Source: a virus. Taken from it: DNA of 64,000 nt. Shown piece after piece: positions 37,540-47,181 of the stretch. Every line of letters starts with the position of its first letter. Position 1 is the stretch's first letter. The translations under genes were made by a program, and so were the position numbers. The stretch covers positions 1-64,000 of IMG/VR virus record IMGVR_UViG_3300010413_000005; one strand, written 5' to 3'. A model generated the notes under the pieces. That model ran no database searches. It was given only the letters and a program-made list of their open reading frames with translations, and was not told the origin of the DNA.

Positions 37540-38599
37540 ATTCCCATCCGTGTTTAGTTCTCAATTCACTGAGCAATTCGGAACGAAGTTGATCGTTTTC
37601 GTTCAACAATGCCACAGTGCTATCTATTCCATTAGCTAATCGGTCGTCTCCGCGCGAATACCACGCTCCGGAGCGCGTCAATATACCGTCCCTTTCACAT
37701 TGGACTATCAACGACCTGCTTTTGTCGAATCCCTGCCCGTATCTCACAACTACCGGCGCTTTTCTGAAAGGAGGGAATATCTGATTCTTGCGGATGTCCA
37801 CGATGGCATTGTGGGCTGTTTTCACGCCGTCTTCATCCTTCTCGCTACCGGTCGCGCGGCGAACGTAAGCGACGATTGTAGCGTGGTGTTTGGTAGCCCA
37901 ACCTCCGGATATCTCTTCCTTGTCCCCGTAGGCTACGCCGATCTTGGTTCTCACCTGAGATATGAATAGCAACGCCACATCTTCTTTGAATACCTTGGGC
38001 ATCACTTTGGGAAGATATCTCGAGAACGCTCCGGCCGCGTCTCCGATCTTCTCCACTCCGTATCCGGCCTCTATTTGCGCTTTGGTTTTGCAAGGGTTGA
38101 TAGAATCCAACACTATCAATATCGGTATTCGGCGCCCCTTGATTTCTCTTATCTTGCTGGCCCTCAGAGTTATTCCATCGATGAAAGAGAATATTCTCTC
38201 TATATCGTCCGGCTGCGAAATGATCAAATGATCGGTATCGACTCCGACTTGTTTGGCATAATCCGGATCAAGTTTGCATTCTTTATCGATGTAAACCGCC
38301 ACTCCGCCTAACGATTGTGTTTCTGAAACTATGTGCAGAGCCAACGTAGTTTTTCCGCTGGATTCGGCTCCATGTAATACGGTCAACCTTCCCAGTGGAA
38401 TACCTCCGCGACCCATGGCCGCGTCTACGGTTGCCAATTGGGTTCCAATTACGCCTCTCACTTTCATCTTGGCGTAATTGGAACCCAACACGTAAGCGTT
38501 GGATTCGTCGCCGGCCGCGGCCAGAATTTCTTCCAGAACGTTTTTGCCCGGCGACGAATCGGGTTTGCTTTGTGACTTCTTTTTATTGGATTTGGACAC
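37529..38599 (-). CDS. recA: RecA recombinase
   Basis: GGIPLGR, GAESSGKTT, LDPDYA..GVD, QVR.KIGV.YG, PPFR. Confidence 0.95.
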   Translation of the reverse strand: MSKSNKKKSQSKPDSSPGKNVLEEILAAAGDESNAYVLGSNYAKMKVRGVIGTQLATVDAAMGRGGIPLGRLTVLHGAESSGKTTLALHIVSETQSLGGVAVYIDKECKLDPDYAKQVGVDTDHLIISQPDDIERIFSFIDGITLRASKIREIKGRRIPILIVLDSINPCKTKAQIEAGYGVEKIGDAAGAFSRYLPKVMPKVFKEDVALLFISQVRTKIGVAYGDKEEISGGWATKHHATIVAYVRRATGSEKDEDGVKTAHNAIVDIRKNQIFPPFRKAPVVVRYGQGFDKSRSLIVQCERDGILTRSGAWYSRGDDRLANGIDSTVALLNENDQLRSELLSELRTKHGWEYGI

Positions 38600-38602
38600 T
38601 TT

Positions 38603-39880
38603 TTATTTATTCTTTTTGTCCTTCTTGTCGCCCTTGTCCTTCTTGTCGCCCTTGTCCTTCTTGTCGCCCTTGTCCTTCTTGTCGCCCTTGTTTTTCTTAC
38701 TTTCCGATTCCTGTTTGACCCTGTCCAATTCCTTGTCTATTTCGTCGAAATCGAAATCGTCGTCGTCTTTAGATGATCCGCCTTTCTTCTCCTTCTTGTC
38801 TTCCTTCTTGTCTTCCTTCTCGTCGTCCTTCTCGTCGTCCTTCTCGTCGTCGTCCTCATCTTCGTCGTCGTCGTCTTCATCCTTCTCGTCGTCGTCTTCG
38901 TCTTCGTCGTCCTCATCTTCGTCGTCGTCTTCGTCGTCCCCATCTTTCTCGTCGTCTTCGTCGTCCCCATCTTTCTCGTCGTCTTCGGAGTCCAAGCCGT
39001 CTTCGTCTTCGTCCTTCTCGTCTTCGTCCTTCTCGTCGTCGTCATCATCTTTCTCGTCGTCGTCTTCGTCGTCCGATTCCAACCCGTCATCTTCGTCTTC
39101 GTCGTCGTCGAAATCTTCGGCGTCATCAGACACCTTGACTCCTGCGAGCATCGCCTCTACGTCCTTGGGAGATTTCACCATGTTTGCGAAAATGGCAAAA
39201 AGATCGCAGATTCCGCCTTCTTCCATGGCCTCTGCTATCTTCCTACGAAGACTCTTTTTGAGCGATTTGTGATCCTTCAAGGTATCGGCGTCCACCGTCA
39301 CCTTGTATTTAGTCTTGATTCCCTTGCCCTTTTTGTTGACTATGAGGAATATGGCAGCGGTTTCCTCTGTGATGTCTCCGTTGTCCAGAAACGCTTCTGA
39401 GATGCCGTCGAATATTGTTTTAGGCGCGAATATGACGCACGGTTCCGGATCTAACTTCTGCCATTTCCGAGTCTTGTCTTTGCGCCAAGCTATCGGAGTT
39501 ATTCCCCAAAGGAATCGACGCGTAGCAGACATTTCTGCTGCTTCGTCGGAGTCCACGTCTCCGGACTCTACGTGTTTTTTCACCGGACACTCTTCCGGAA
39601 TCTTCACACCCTTCTTCTTTAGCAGCCTTTGGACGTACGGATGTTCCAGGACCGGATTGGCCTTTACATCGAGAGACGGAACCATGGAATTGTCCTTGCC
39701 GATTCCGTAGTGAACCTCTGCGCGTATGTAGTTGATGCCGTCCGTCAACGGGAATTCTTCCTTGGTACGGCAGCAACCGTGTACGTATATCAGAGTGTCT
39801 CCGGGATCGAACGAGTAGAAGTCGCTACCCCTCTGCTCCTTTTTGTACCCTTCTTTCATGCGCTCAACGTTGACTGACAT
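38603..39880 (-). CDS. probable ssDNA-binding protein with a very long acidic tail
   Basis: Sits between the UvsY-like gene and recA; gp32-like core features (CPV, KGKG.KTKYKV); D/E-rich C-terminus. Confidence 0.65.
   Translation of the reverse strand: MSVNVERMKEGYKKEQRGSDFYSFDPGDTLIYVHGCCRTKEEFPLTDGINYIRAEVHYGIGKDNSMVPSLDVKANPVLEHPYVQRLLKKKGVKIPEECPVKKHVESGDVDSDEAAEMSATRRFLWGITPIAWRKDKTRKWQKLDPEPCVIFAPKTIFDGISEAFLDNGDITEETAAIFLIVNKKGKGIKTKYKVTVDADTLKDHKSLKKSLRRKIAEAMEEGGICDLFAIFANMVKSPKDVEAMLAGVKVSDDAEDFDDDEDEDDGLESDDEDDDEKDDDDDEKDEDEKDEDEDGLDSEDDEKDGDDEDDEKDGDDEDDDEDEDDEDEDDDEKDEDDDDEDEDDDEKDDEKDDEKEDKKEDKKEKKGGSSKDDDDFDFDEIDKELDRVKQESESKKNKGDKKDKGDKKDKGDKKDKGDKKDKKNK
38616..38687. repeat. 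perfect 18-bp tandem repeat x4 encoding (GDKKDK)4
   Basis: TTGTCCTTCTTGTCGCCC four times. Confidence 0.95.
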
Positions 39881-40395
39881 TATTTATCACCTTTCTTGAG
39901 GATTTTTTTCATTTGTTCGCGCCGTTCCTCTTCCAGCGGCGACTCTTCGTAGGACTCTTCCTTTGTGGATAGGTCCTGTTTGGCTATTTCCTTGCGGGTT
40001 TTCGCACCCAATGATTGGGATAGATTGCCGCGTTTATCTAAAGTCTTCCAGATGTGTTCTGCGGTGGTGACGTTATCGGAAGCGATCGCTATCGCTTCTT
40101 TCATTTTCAAAAACAGAGGATCTGATTCTATTTTCGCTTTCACCTTCCACTCGGACGCCTTGGGATCTTTTTTTAGAATCAGCTCCGTTGTTTGCGCCCT
40201 CCAAGCACGATAAATCGCATCAGCTTTGATTTGCTCTTCGACCGCGGCGCCCCAAACTGACGACCAGAACGCCATCTGTTTAGACACCTTGCGTTGTGTA
40301 TCGTCGATATCGTTTATGACGTATTCTTCCGGTTCGATTTTGATAGAAACGCCGTGTACTTTGATGACGCGCCTCTTGAAAGAAATGTCTGTCAT
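39880..40395 (-). CDS. UvsY-like recombination mediator
   Basis: Helical protein with SEWKVKAKIESDP; context next to SSB and recA. Confidence 0.55.
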   Translation of the reverse strand: MTDISFKRRVIKVHGVSIKIEPEEYVINDIDDTQRKVSKQMAFWSSVWGAAVEEQIKADAIYRAWRAQTTELILKKDPKASEWKVKAKIESDPLFLKMKEAIAIASDNVTTAEHIWKTLDKRGNLSQSLGAKTRKEIAKQDLSTKEESYEESPLEEERREQMKKILKKGDK

Positions 40396-40676
40396 TTCTT
40401 ATCCTTTTTCTTTTTGAGCGAATTCAATACGCGCTTGGCGATTTGGCTTTGATTGAATCTCAGAGCTCTAGTCTTGGCGGTATTGAAAGGCTCGCCGTCG
40501 TTTACCAGAGGCGTTTCCATCTTGCGAGATTTGTAAGTAACCGGCTTGAATACTCCGAATCTCGTAATTCGAACCACTTCTCCGGCGTTCACTTTCTCCA
40601 ATATGGATGCGAATATGTCCTTGATTATTTGAGGCTTTACTCGAGCGTCGCGAGCGATTTCCTTGATTCCTGCCAT
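40392..40676 (-). CDS. HU/IHF-like DNA-binding protein
   Basis: GEVVRITRFGVFK...R...P...LRF. Confidence 0.85.
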   Translation of the reverse strand: MAGIKEIARDARVKPQIIKDIFASILEKVNAGEVVRITRFGVFKPVTYKSRKMETPLVNDGEPFNTAKTRALRFNQSQIAKRVLNSLKKKKDKK

Positions 40677-40684
40677 GGAGTCTC

Positions 40685-43600
40685 CTATTTGTAGTTGTAA
40701 ATTTTCAAAGCTGTACCGCAGAAGTAACTCGTGCTTCTTCTTCGATCTGATTTCTTCTCTACTTCTACGGCTATCATCTTACCTATGGAAATGTGTTTGC
40801 TAATACTTCTCCAAGTGCTGGCAAAACTTATGATTTCTATGAGTTTTCCGTCCGCACTTATCAATCCTAAGAAGGCCATTTCATTGCCGTTCTTATCGTA
40901 TTTTTTTCGCACGTTAGTTACGATACCTGTATAAAATCCACCTTCTTTGGACTTATGAAATTTGTAATTGGTAGTTCTAATTTCCTTGATTTTGTCATTT
41001 TTCCATTTATAAGTAAGCGCCGGATGCTTTCCGGTGGCTATCAATTCCCAAACGTTCAATTGTTCCCAAGATTGTATTTTGGATCGAAGAGATTCCAAGT
41101 TTACAGCGAAATGCGCTTTCAGATTCTCGTATTTGGCGTTGGGAGTTACACAAGCGATTACCGGAGTGCCTATTCCCTTATCTATGATCGCTCTGTATTC
41201 ATCGAATACGTCGATATCGAACTTGGTCCGATACTGTTTTCCTCCCGGATCTTCCAAGTTGACGTTGGCGTAGCGCGCGCCCCAAAACATCTCTTTTCGT
41301 TCTCTTTCGGACGGCAAGTCTCCGGTGTGAAAGTCGCCTATTTGATTGTATTTGACTTCTACTATGACCGCGGCGACGATACATGCTTTATTCCCGTAAT
41401 CGGCGAAAAAGTCTTCATCACTCATAGAAACTATCGGCAATTTGATATTTTCTTCTATGAAGTCCTTGTACGCTTCTATGGGGTGCGTCCCGAGCGCTAG
41501 CGGATTCACTTCTGAAGAAATCAAACACAAATCTTCTTTTGAGTATTCTTCGGCGCCCTTCGCTTCTTCCAACATAGCGATGACGTCGGCATACTTCTTC
41601 TTAGCCACCAACGCCCAAATAGATTCCAGATTCTCTACCATCCATTTGACGCTGGGAACCATCCCCTCAAGAGCTCCGGCCTTGGACAGAGCCATAACGA
41701 CTCCTTTGTGGCATTTTCTCGCGTCGACTCTAGATATGAAATCCACGAAATCTTTGAATGGCTGATTGGCCATAATAGTATCTGCGGCCGCCGATCCGAC
41801 TCCTTTGATATCTATCAACGAACCTCTGATAGAACGATCGGCCGCGTCCATACTGAAATGCTTCTTGCTGACGTTGATATGCGGAGGTTTCAATTCTATT
41901 CCGTAATTTTTCTTGGCTGCTTTGGCCAATCTTTGTATCCGAACGCGCTCCGGTTCGTTCTTGAGCAACGCCCAATAGAACTCTAACGGATAATGTATCT
42001 TCAACCACATGGTCCAATAGCCTATCAACCCGTATTCGGTAGCGTGCGAATTGTGCGACACTACCGGAGGCGAATCCGGGCTGTGTCCCGCTACGAAATT
42101 GTGTCCTACGGAATCCATCTCCAAATCGTAACAATGCTCTTTACCGTTGGGCGTTATTTTGATTATTTTATCCGCGAAAGTAGGACGGCCCTTGCCCCAA
42201 CGCTTTGTCCTCTCTCCCTTTTCGTAATCCAATTTCTTGTGACAAGAATTGCACAACAAACGCAAATTGGCTTTGCTGTGAAAGGCGGCATGGTTGTAAT
42301 CGCATTCGGCTGGAGATTTGATGTGCGCCACTTCTCCGCCACCTCTGCCTTGGCGACAAATTGTACCGCAATTAGAACATCTGCTATCGGATTCTATCCA
42401 AACTTGCTCTACTTTCAATTTGTATTTGTCGTTGATACGATCCGCTTGGGCGAATCTGGTATCTTTGTTCATCCACCACGGACAATAATCCTTAGCGGTA
42501 TTTTCTCCCATAAACATCAATTCGTCGCCGACAGACAAGCCGGTAGCTATCGATTTGTACCCCCTAGAAGTCATCAACCTGTGCATTCGGCTGATGGCCG
42601 GAGTTTTGTTGCCGGATTCCGTTTCTATGACAAACGTTTCGCGAATGCCGTGATCATGTATTCCTATTAGACGTGCCGGCCGAACGCGCCCATCTTCGTC
42701 CATTTGCAAAAGATGTAATCGACCACCTCTTATCTTTTTCGCTATCGGAGTCAAACGTCCTTTTTCGTCTCTAGAATCTCTCAAACGAACCAACTCTCCG
42801 ATTTGTATTTGCGATTTAGAATGGCTATTAGCTCCTGGCTTCCAAACCCATGCGTTTTTACATATAGTCTTGTTAAATCCGTACGAGCCAAAAAATGTTA
42901 TCGCGTCCATTATCTTATTGGCAGTTTTCGCGTCGACTCCGGCGTGTTTAGCGGCGCCTTCAACGAACTTCGCGCGTTCTTTCCCCAAAGTCTCGTCGCC
43001 TATCTTCTTGGCTATCGTTTTGCGCAATGAATCCGCGGTTCCGGGAGCGAATCCGGCGATGTCTGTGAATATGCGTATAACGTGTTCTTGGTAAACTATG
43101 ATCCCCAACGTGTCCGATGTTATTTCCGATACCTTTGGGTGGAAGTCTACCTTTTTGGCCAACTTCGGATTCTTTTTGCGTTGTATGTACTTCGTAGCCA
43201 AGCCGGACCGAGCGGTCCCTGGTCTGTTCAACGCAGTCATGGCAGGTATGTCTTCGAAGTCGGTGAAGTTGATACCCATGCAAATCTTATCAGCGCTAGG
43301 CGTATCGTATTGGAAAATTCCGTCGTATTTGTGATCAGTGAATCCCTGTAGCGTTTCCGGATCGTTCAAATCGAAGTCGTCGGATTCCAAGTCCAATTTC
43401 TCTCCGGTATTCTCTTCGATCGCTTCCAAACATTCTTTGATGACGGTGAGAGTTCTCAAACCCAACACGTCTATTTTCACCAATCCCACCGCGGCGACGT
43501 TGTACATGTCGGTTGCTGTGACCACTACCGAATCGCCTCCGGATTCCGCTTTACGAACTTCCAACGGCAATAAATCGGTCAACGGGACCGGAGATGCTAC

Positions 43601-45322
43601 GACTCCGGCCGCGTGTATGCCCGGATTCTTAGCCAATCCTTCCAGGCTCTTGGCGTGATAGAGCACCTTTGGATATTTCTTATCGAATTTTCTACACACG
43701 TCGAAGTCTTTGAACGAATCGGCTATTGTCTGACTGGCGCGTTCGTCTCCGCTCGAACGCTCGATGATGCTTTTGGTTACTTGATTGACTTCCGACAACG
43801 GAACTTCCAAAACGCGAGAAACGTCCTTCAAACATTGTTTACCGGATAGTTTGCCCACGGTTGCGATCTGAGCCACTTTATCGCGCCCATACTTACTCAC
43901 CAAATATTCAAATATCTCTTGTCGTCTTCTGTCTTCGAAATCACAATCGATATCCGGCAAGTCGATACGATACGGATTCATGAATCTTTCGAATATCAAT
44001 CCGTGCTCCAGCGGATCGACAGAGGTTATTCCGAGCAAATATGCCACCAAACATCCTCCTACGGAACCGCGTCCTGGTCCGCACATGATTCCGGAGCTTC
44101 GAGCGAATTTGTACAAGTCTCTGATTATCAAGAAATACGGCACGAATTTCAATTTTACAATTGAACCCAATTCGTACTTCAACCTGTTTCCGTACGTCTG
44201 TATAGCGTCTTCGTAACTCACCCCGTTTTTGGCAGAGTATTTACGCGCTCGGGATTTGATATTCCTCCAAGCCCATCCTTCTAAACACAAATCTTTTAAA
44301 TAAGCTGTTTGATCTCCGCGATATTTATCAGGTACGGATAAGTCGGGCAACAAGGCTTGGTGGTAATCGACTTTGAATTCCACGTTACACATTTCTGATA
44401 ACTTCACAGTTGAATTCAAAGCTTCCTTGACGTCTGTTACGGAGAAAAACGGATGGTATTTGAAGAAAGCGGATTTCATTTCTTTCCGCTTTCTCATATG
44501 AAATTCGTTCCCGTCGAATTTGAATCTGTTCGGATCGCTCATGAAGTTATTCGTACCGATACACAACAAAACCTCGTGATGTTCGGAATCGCTCTGGTGT
44601 ACGTAGTGCGCGTCTTGTGTTGCCAACAGCCTATTGGACTTCCCGTATCTCTTGCGCAACTCGAGAGCGAATTTGTTGGCCGTCAATTGGTCCGGAATGT
44701 TGTGCGGTTGGACCTCAATCCACAGATTACTACCGAACTCATCTCTCAATCGATCGGCAAATTCGATCGCGAACCTTTTCTTACCCAGCACGCATGAATC
44801 GTATACCGGACTAGCCAGACATCCCGTGCCCAAACTGATTCCTTCTTTGTACTCGCACAAAGCTTCAAGATCGATTCTCGGTTTGTAATAAAATCCGTCG
44901 ATGTAAGCCGAACTGGACAGTCTGAATAGGTTCTTCAATCCCTCCGAGTTGTGCGCCCAAGCCGTTATGTGCCAGCGTTTTGATATGCCGTGTTTCTCTT
45001 CGTATTCCTTGATGACTTTCTTGGCTTCTGCTCCCTTCTTGCCTTCTGAAATCTCGTTCTTTTCCTCCGCGGTCAATCCCTTCCTGTGCATATTATTACA
45101 CACGTAAAATTCGATTCCGTATATCGGCTTCACGTCGGTTCCCTTGCACTCTTCGTATTGGTGCATATATCCGCGCATGGTTCCGTGATCGGTAAAAGCG
45201 ATCGCCGGATTGCCTCTTTGTTTGGCTTCTTCTACGTAGTCCTTGATTTTACTTCCACCATCCAAAGTAGAATTATCACTATGCGTGTGCAAGTGTACGA
45301 AGTCTTCTTTTTTATTTGGCAT
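40685..45322 (-). CDS. dnaE: DNA polymerase III alpha subunit with intein
   Basis: PHP motifs (HLHTHS, TDHG, TQDAHY), GPGRGS, PDIDCDF, HAAG, KIDVLGL, YGFNK/SHA. Confidence 0.97.
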   Translation of the reverse strand: MPNKKEDFVHLHTHSDNSTLDGGSKIKDYVEEAKQRGNPAIAFTDHGTMRGYMHQYEECKGTDVKPIYGIEFYVCNNMHRKGLTAEEKNEISEGKKGAEAKKVIKEYEEKHGISKRWHITAWAHNSEGLKNLFRLSSSAYIDGFYYKPRIDLEALCEYKEGISLGTGCLASPVYDSCVLGKKRFAIEFADRLRDEFGSNLWIEVQPHNIPDQLTANKFALELRKRYGKSNRLLATQDAHYVHQSDSEHHEVLLCIGTNNFMSDPNRFKFDGNEFHMRKRKEMKSAFFKYHPFFSVTDVKEALNSTVKLSEMCNVEFKVDYHQALLPDLSVPDKYRGDQTAYLKDLCLEGWAWRNIKSRARKYSAKNGVSYEDAIQTYGNRLKYELGSIVKLKFVPYFLIIRDLYKFARSSGIMCGPGRGSVGGCLVAYLLGITSVDPLEHGLIFERFMNPYRIDLPDIDCDFEDRRRQEIFEYLVSKYGRDKVAQIATVGKLSGKQCLKDVSRVLEVPLSEVNQVTKSIIERSSGDERASQTIADSFKDFDVCRKFDKKYPKVLYHAKSLEGLAKNPGIHAAGVVASPVPLTDLLPLEVRKAESGGDSVVVTATDMYNVAAVGLVKIDVLGLRTLTVIKECLEAIEENTGEKLDLESDDFDLNDPETLQGFTDHKYDGIFQYDTPSADKICMGINFTDFEDIPAMTALNRPGTARSGLATKYIQRKKNPKLAKKVDFHPKVSEITSDTLGIIVYQEHVIRIFTDIAGFAPGTADSLRKTIAKKIGDETLGKERAKFVEGAAKHAGVDAKTANKIMDAITFFGSYGFNKTICKNAWVWKPGANSHSKSQIQIGELVRLRDSRDEKGRLTPIAKKIRGGRLHLLQMDEDGRVRPARLIGIHDHGIRETFVIETESGNKTPAISRMHRLMTSRGYKSIATGLSVGDELMFMGENTAKDYCPWWMNKDTRFAQADRINDKYKLKVEQVWIESDSRCSNCGTICRQGRGGGEVAHIKSPAECDYNHAAFHSKANLRLLCNSCHKKLDYEKGERTKRWGKGRPTFADKIIKITPNGKEHCYDLEMDSVGHNFVAGHSPDSPPVVSHNSHATEYGLIGYWTMWLKIHYPLEFYWALLKNEPERVRIQRLAKAAKKNYGIELKPPHINVSKKHFSMDAADRSIRGSLIDIKGVGSAAADTIMANQPFKDFVDFISRVDARKCHKGVVMALSKAGALEGMVPSVKWMVENLESIWALVAKKKYADVIAMLEEAKGAEEYSKEDLCLISSEVNPLALGTHPIEAYKDFIEENIKLPIVSMSDEDFFADYGNKACIVAAVIVEVKYNQIGDFHTGDLPSERERKEMFWGARYANVNLEDPGGKQYRTKFDIDVFDEYRAIIDKGIGTPVIACVTPNAKYENLKAHFAVNLESLRSKIQSWEQLNVWELIATGKHPALTYKWKNDKIKEIRTTNYKFHKSKEGGFYTGIVTNVRKKYDKNGNEMAFLGLISADGKLIEIISFASTWRSISKHISIGKMIAVEVEKKSDRRRSTSYFCGTALKIYNYK
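42050..42868 (-). mobile_element. 273-aa intein with an HNH homing endonuclease
   Basis: Interrupts YGFNK|SHA; ends CYDLEM...HNFVA...VSHN; internal CSNC...VAHI...NLRLLCNSCH. Confidence 0.92.
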
Positions 45323-45584
45323 TTTCTTCTATCAAGTACAGAGCGACGTCTTTCAAATCTTCCGGATAATCTCCGAATACTATTTCGTCCAGCACCGACG
45401 GTTCTTCAGCTCCCATCTCGGCCAGACTTCTTTTTTTGCCGTTTATCGTCAATTTCGCGTCGTATCCCCTAACGTCGATATCATATTCCAATTTCTCTTT
45501 GGCGATATTGAATGACGAATTGGTAGGCAGTCCGGAGACTCGAGCTCCGGACGCCCATTGTCTTATCTTCTTCAAAGACGGCAT
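45312..45584 (-). CDS. hypothetical protein coupled to dnaE
   Basis: Overlaps the dnaE start. Confidence 0.6.
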   Translation of the reverse strand: MPSLKKIRQWASGARVSGLPTNSSFNIAKEKLEYDIDVRGYDAKLTINGKKRSLAEMGAEEPSVLDEIVFGDYPEDLKDVALYLIEENAK

Positions 45585-45587
45585 GCG

Positions 45588-46607
45588 CTATTCGTTCTCT
45601 AATCTTTCTCCGGTCCAAGGATTCCTTTGCCAGAACACTGCGTATTCCGCGGCGCGATCGATCATCTCGTAAGCCATAGGAACCTTGTATTTGTGCAACG
45701 TATCGATTTGATGAGCTTTCGATATATCTTCTTGTTTCCCCATCTGTTCAGGTATTCTGTGGTGACGGAAATGAAGAGGACAAGGAGGATGTTGATCCAA
45801 TCCTTCGTACCGACGTCGATTCTCTTCGTGATAGACGCATCCGGAAAAACAATCGTCCTTGATACACGGAGGGCAAACCAGTTCCGCGAACGCCGGATGG
45901 ACCTTGTTGACCAGTTCGCTTACTATTCCCATGATGACTGGACCCCACAACCCCAATTGCAAAATGAAACAACCTCGTTCTCCGACTATGTGTTGCAACG
46001 AACTGATGTTCATTTTCCAACTCATACGGTGTTGAGATGCGAGCGGCATCGTATCCCGAGCGTCTTCCATAGGTATGTTGCTAGCCACCAAGAAATTGTA
46101 AGTTAGCTGTATTCTCTCCATCAGATCGACGTACGCCCTCAACACGTTAGGATCTCCGTGTCTCAAGATGCTTTCCGGTATGCGATAGTCGCTATCGGTA
46201 AAGAATCGACCTTGATTCCGGATGCGCATTGACTGCGACCAGAACGACGATTTGGCCAGGTCTGGTACAATGTCCATGTAGATATCGGCTCCGATCGATT
46301 CCGGTCCTGGAAGAACTCCGATTCTGTGACGCACGGCTTGTTCCCTCCAAGATATCGAAATGTGTTCCAACATGAAAGTGAAGTCGATGTGTTCTCCTAC
46401 CGGTATGCGTTGTTTTATCACCGAGTGAAAAACGTCTTGCACTTCTTTCGCCGATACCTTCGAATACACTTGGTCCGGAGTCAATAACTCGTCGTCGTTT
46501 TTCGAAGCTTGCCAAACACTGTAAATCGTTTCCAACGGAAACGCTGTGAAAGTCAACAGCGTGACTTTCGGAGTCTTTACCAATCTTTTGTTCGCATTAT
46601 TTTCCAT
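45588..46607 (-). CDS. divergent ThyX-like flavin-dependent thymidylate synthase
   Basis: EH.DFTF, EQAVRHR, SFWSQSMR, EDARDTMP. Confidence 0.85.
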   Translation of the reverse strand: MENNANKRLVKTPKVTLLTFTAFPLETIYSVWQASKNDDELLTPDQVYSKVSAKEVQDVFHSVIKQRIPVGEHIDFTFMLEHISISWREQAVRHRIGVLPGPESIGADIYMDIVPDLAKSSFWSQSMRIRNQGRFFTDSDYRIPESILRHGDPNVLRAYVDLMERIQLTYNFLVASNIPMEDARDTMPLASQHRMSWKMNISSLQHIVGERGCFILQLGLWGPVIMGIVSELVNKVHPAFAELVCPPCIKDDCFSGCVYHEENRRRYEGLDQHPPCPLHFRHHRIPEQMGKQEDISKAHQIDTLHKYKVPMAYEMIDRAAEYAVFWQRNPWTGERLENE

Positions 46608-47181
46608 TTCGATCTCCTTTCGTCAATATGCTAACCGCCAAGTCCCAAAGTCCTTCCGGCGATGTGTGATCTGTGATCAATTTCCACACGCGTGGTACGT
46701 GTTTCCCGATTTGATCGGAGGCGTAATCCAACCGATTGTTTATTCGTTCGGCGTTCTCGGGCATCCTAATTCCCACCCTGCCAACCGAAGTTTTGATGTC
46801 GCACATCAAATGGATGTAAGTCAAATCGGTTCTGGATTTGATGATGTCTATCCACCATTGTAACGTTTCTTCGGCCATTTCTCGATTGAAAAAATCTCCG
46901 TCTTCCAACCCGTACGCGAACGCTGACGGCATCGAACGATCTAACACACATTCCAACGACGTGAATTTGGATAACAAATCCGCTACGAATAGATCTTCTA
47001 CGTACGAATTGAAAGGGATCCTGAATCTCCTCAGTTTCAATTCCAATTCCTTGGCGTGTTTGAAATGAATTGCTGTGTCGTCCTTGAATGCTCTTACGAT
47101 AGGGATATTGAAATATCCACTGACTTTTTTGGCTAGAGTCGTTTTACCGACTCCGTTCATCCCTTCGATTATCACTAACAT
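46597..47181 (-). CDS. P-loop dNMP kinase
   Basis: IIEGMNGVGKTT, VLDRSMPSAFAYG. Confidence 0.85.
   Translation of the reverse strand: MLVIIEGMNGVGKTTLAKKVSGYFNIPIVRAFKDDTAIHFKHAKELELKLRRFRIPFNSYVEDLFVADLLSKFTSLECVLDRSMPSAFAYGLEDGDFFNREMAEETLQWWIDIIKSRTDLTYIHLMCDIKTSVGRVGIRMPENAERINNRLDYASDQIGKHVPRVWKLITDHTSPEGLWDLAVSILTKGDRNGK

Noticed and set aside
38499-39272. Plus-strand poly-Ser ORF and other-frame Thr/Arg-rich ORFs
   Set aside because: These are shadows of the acidic repeat of the minus-strand gene.
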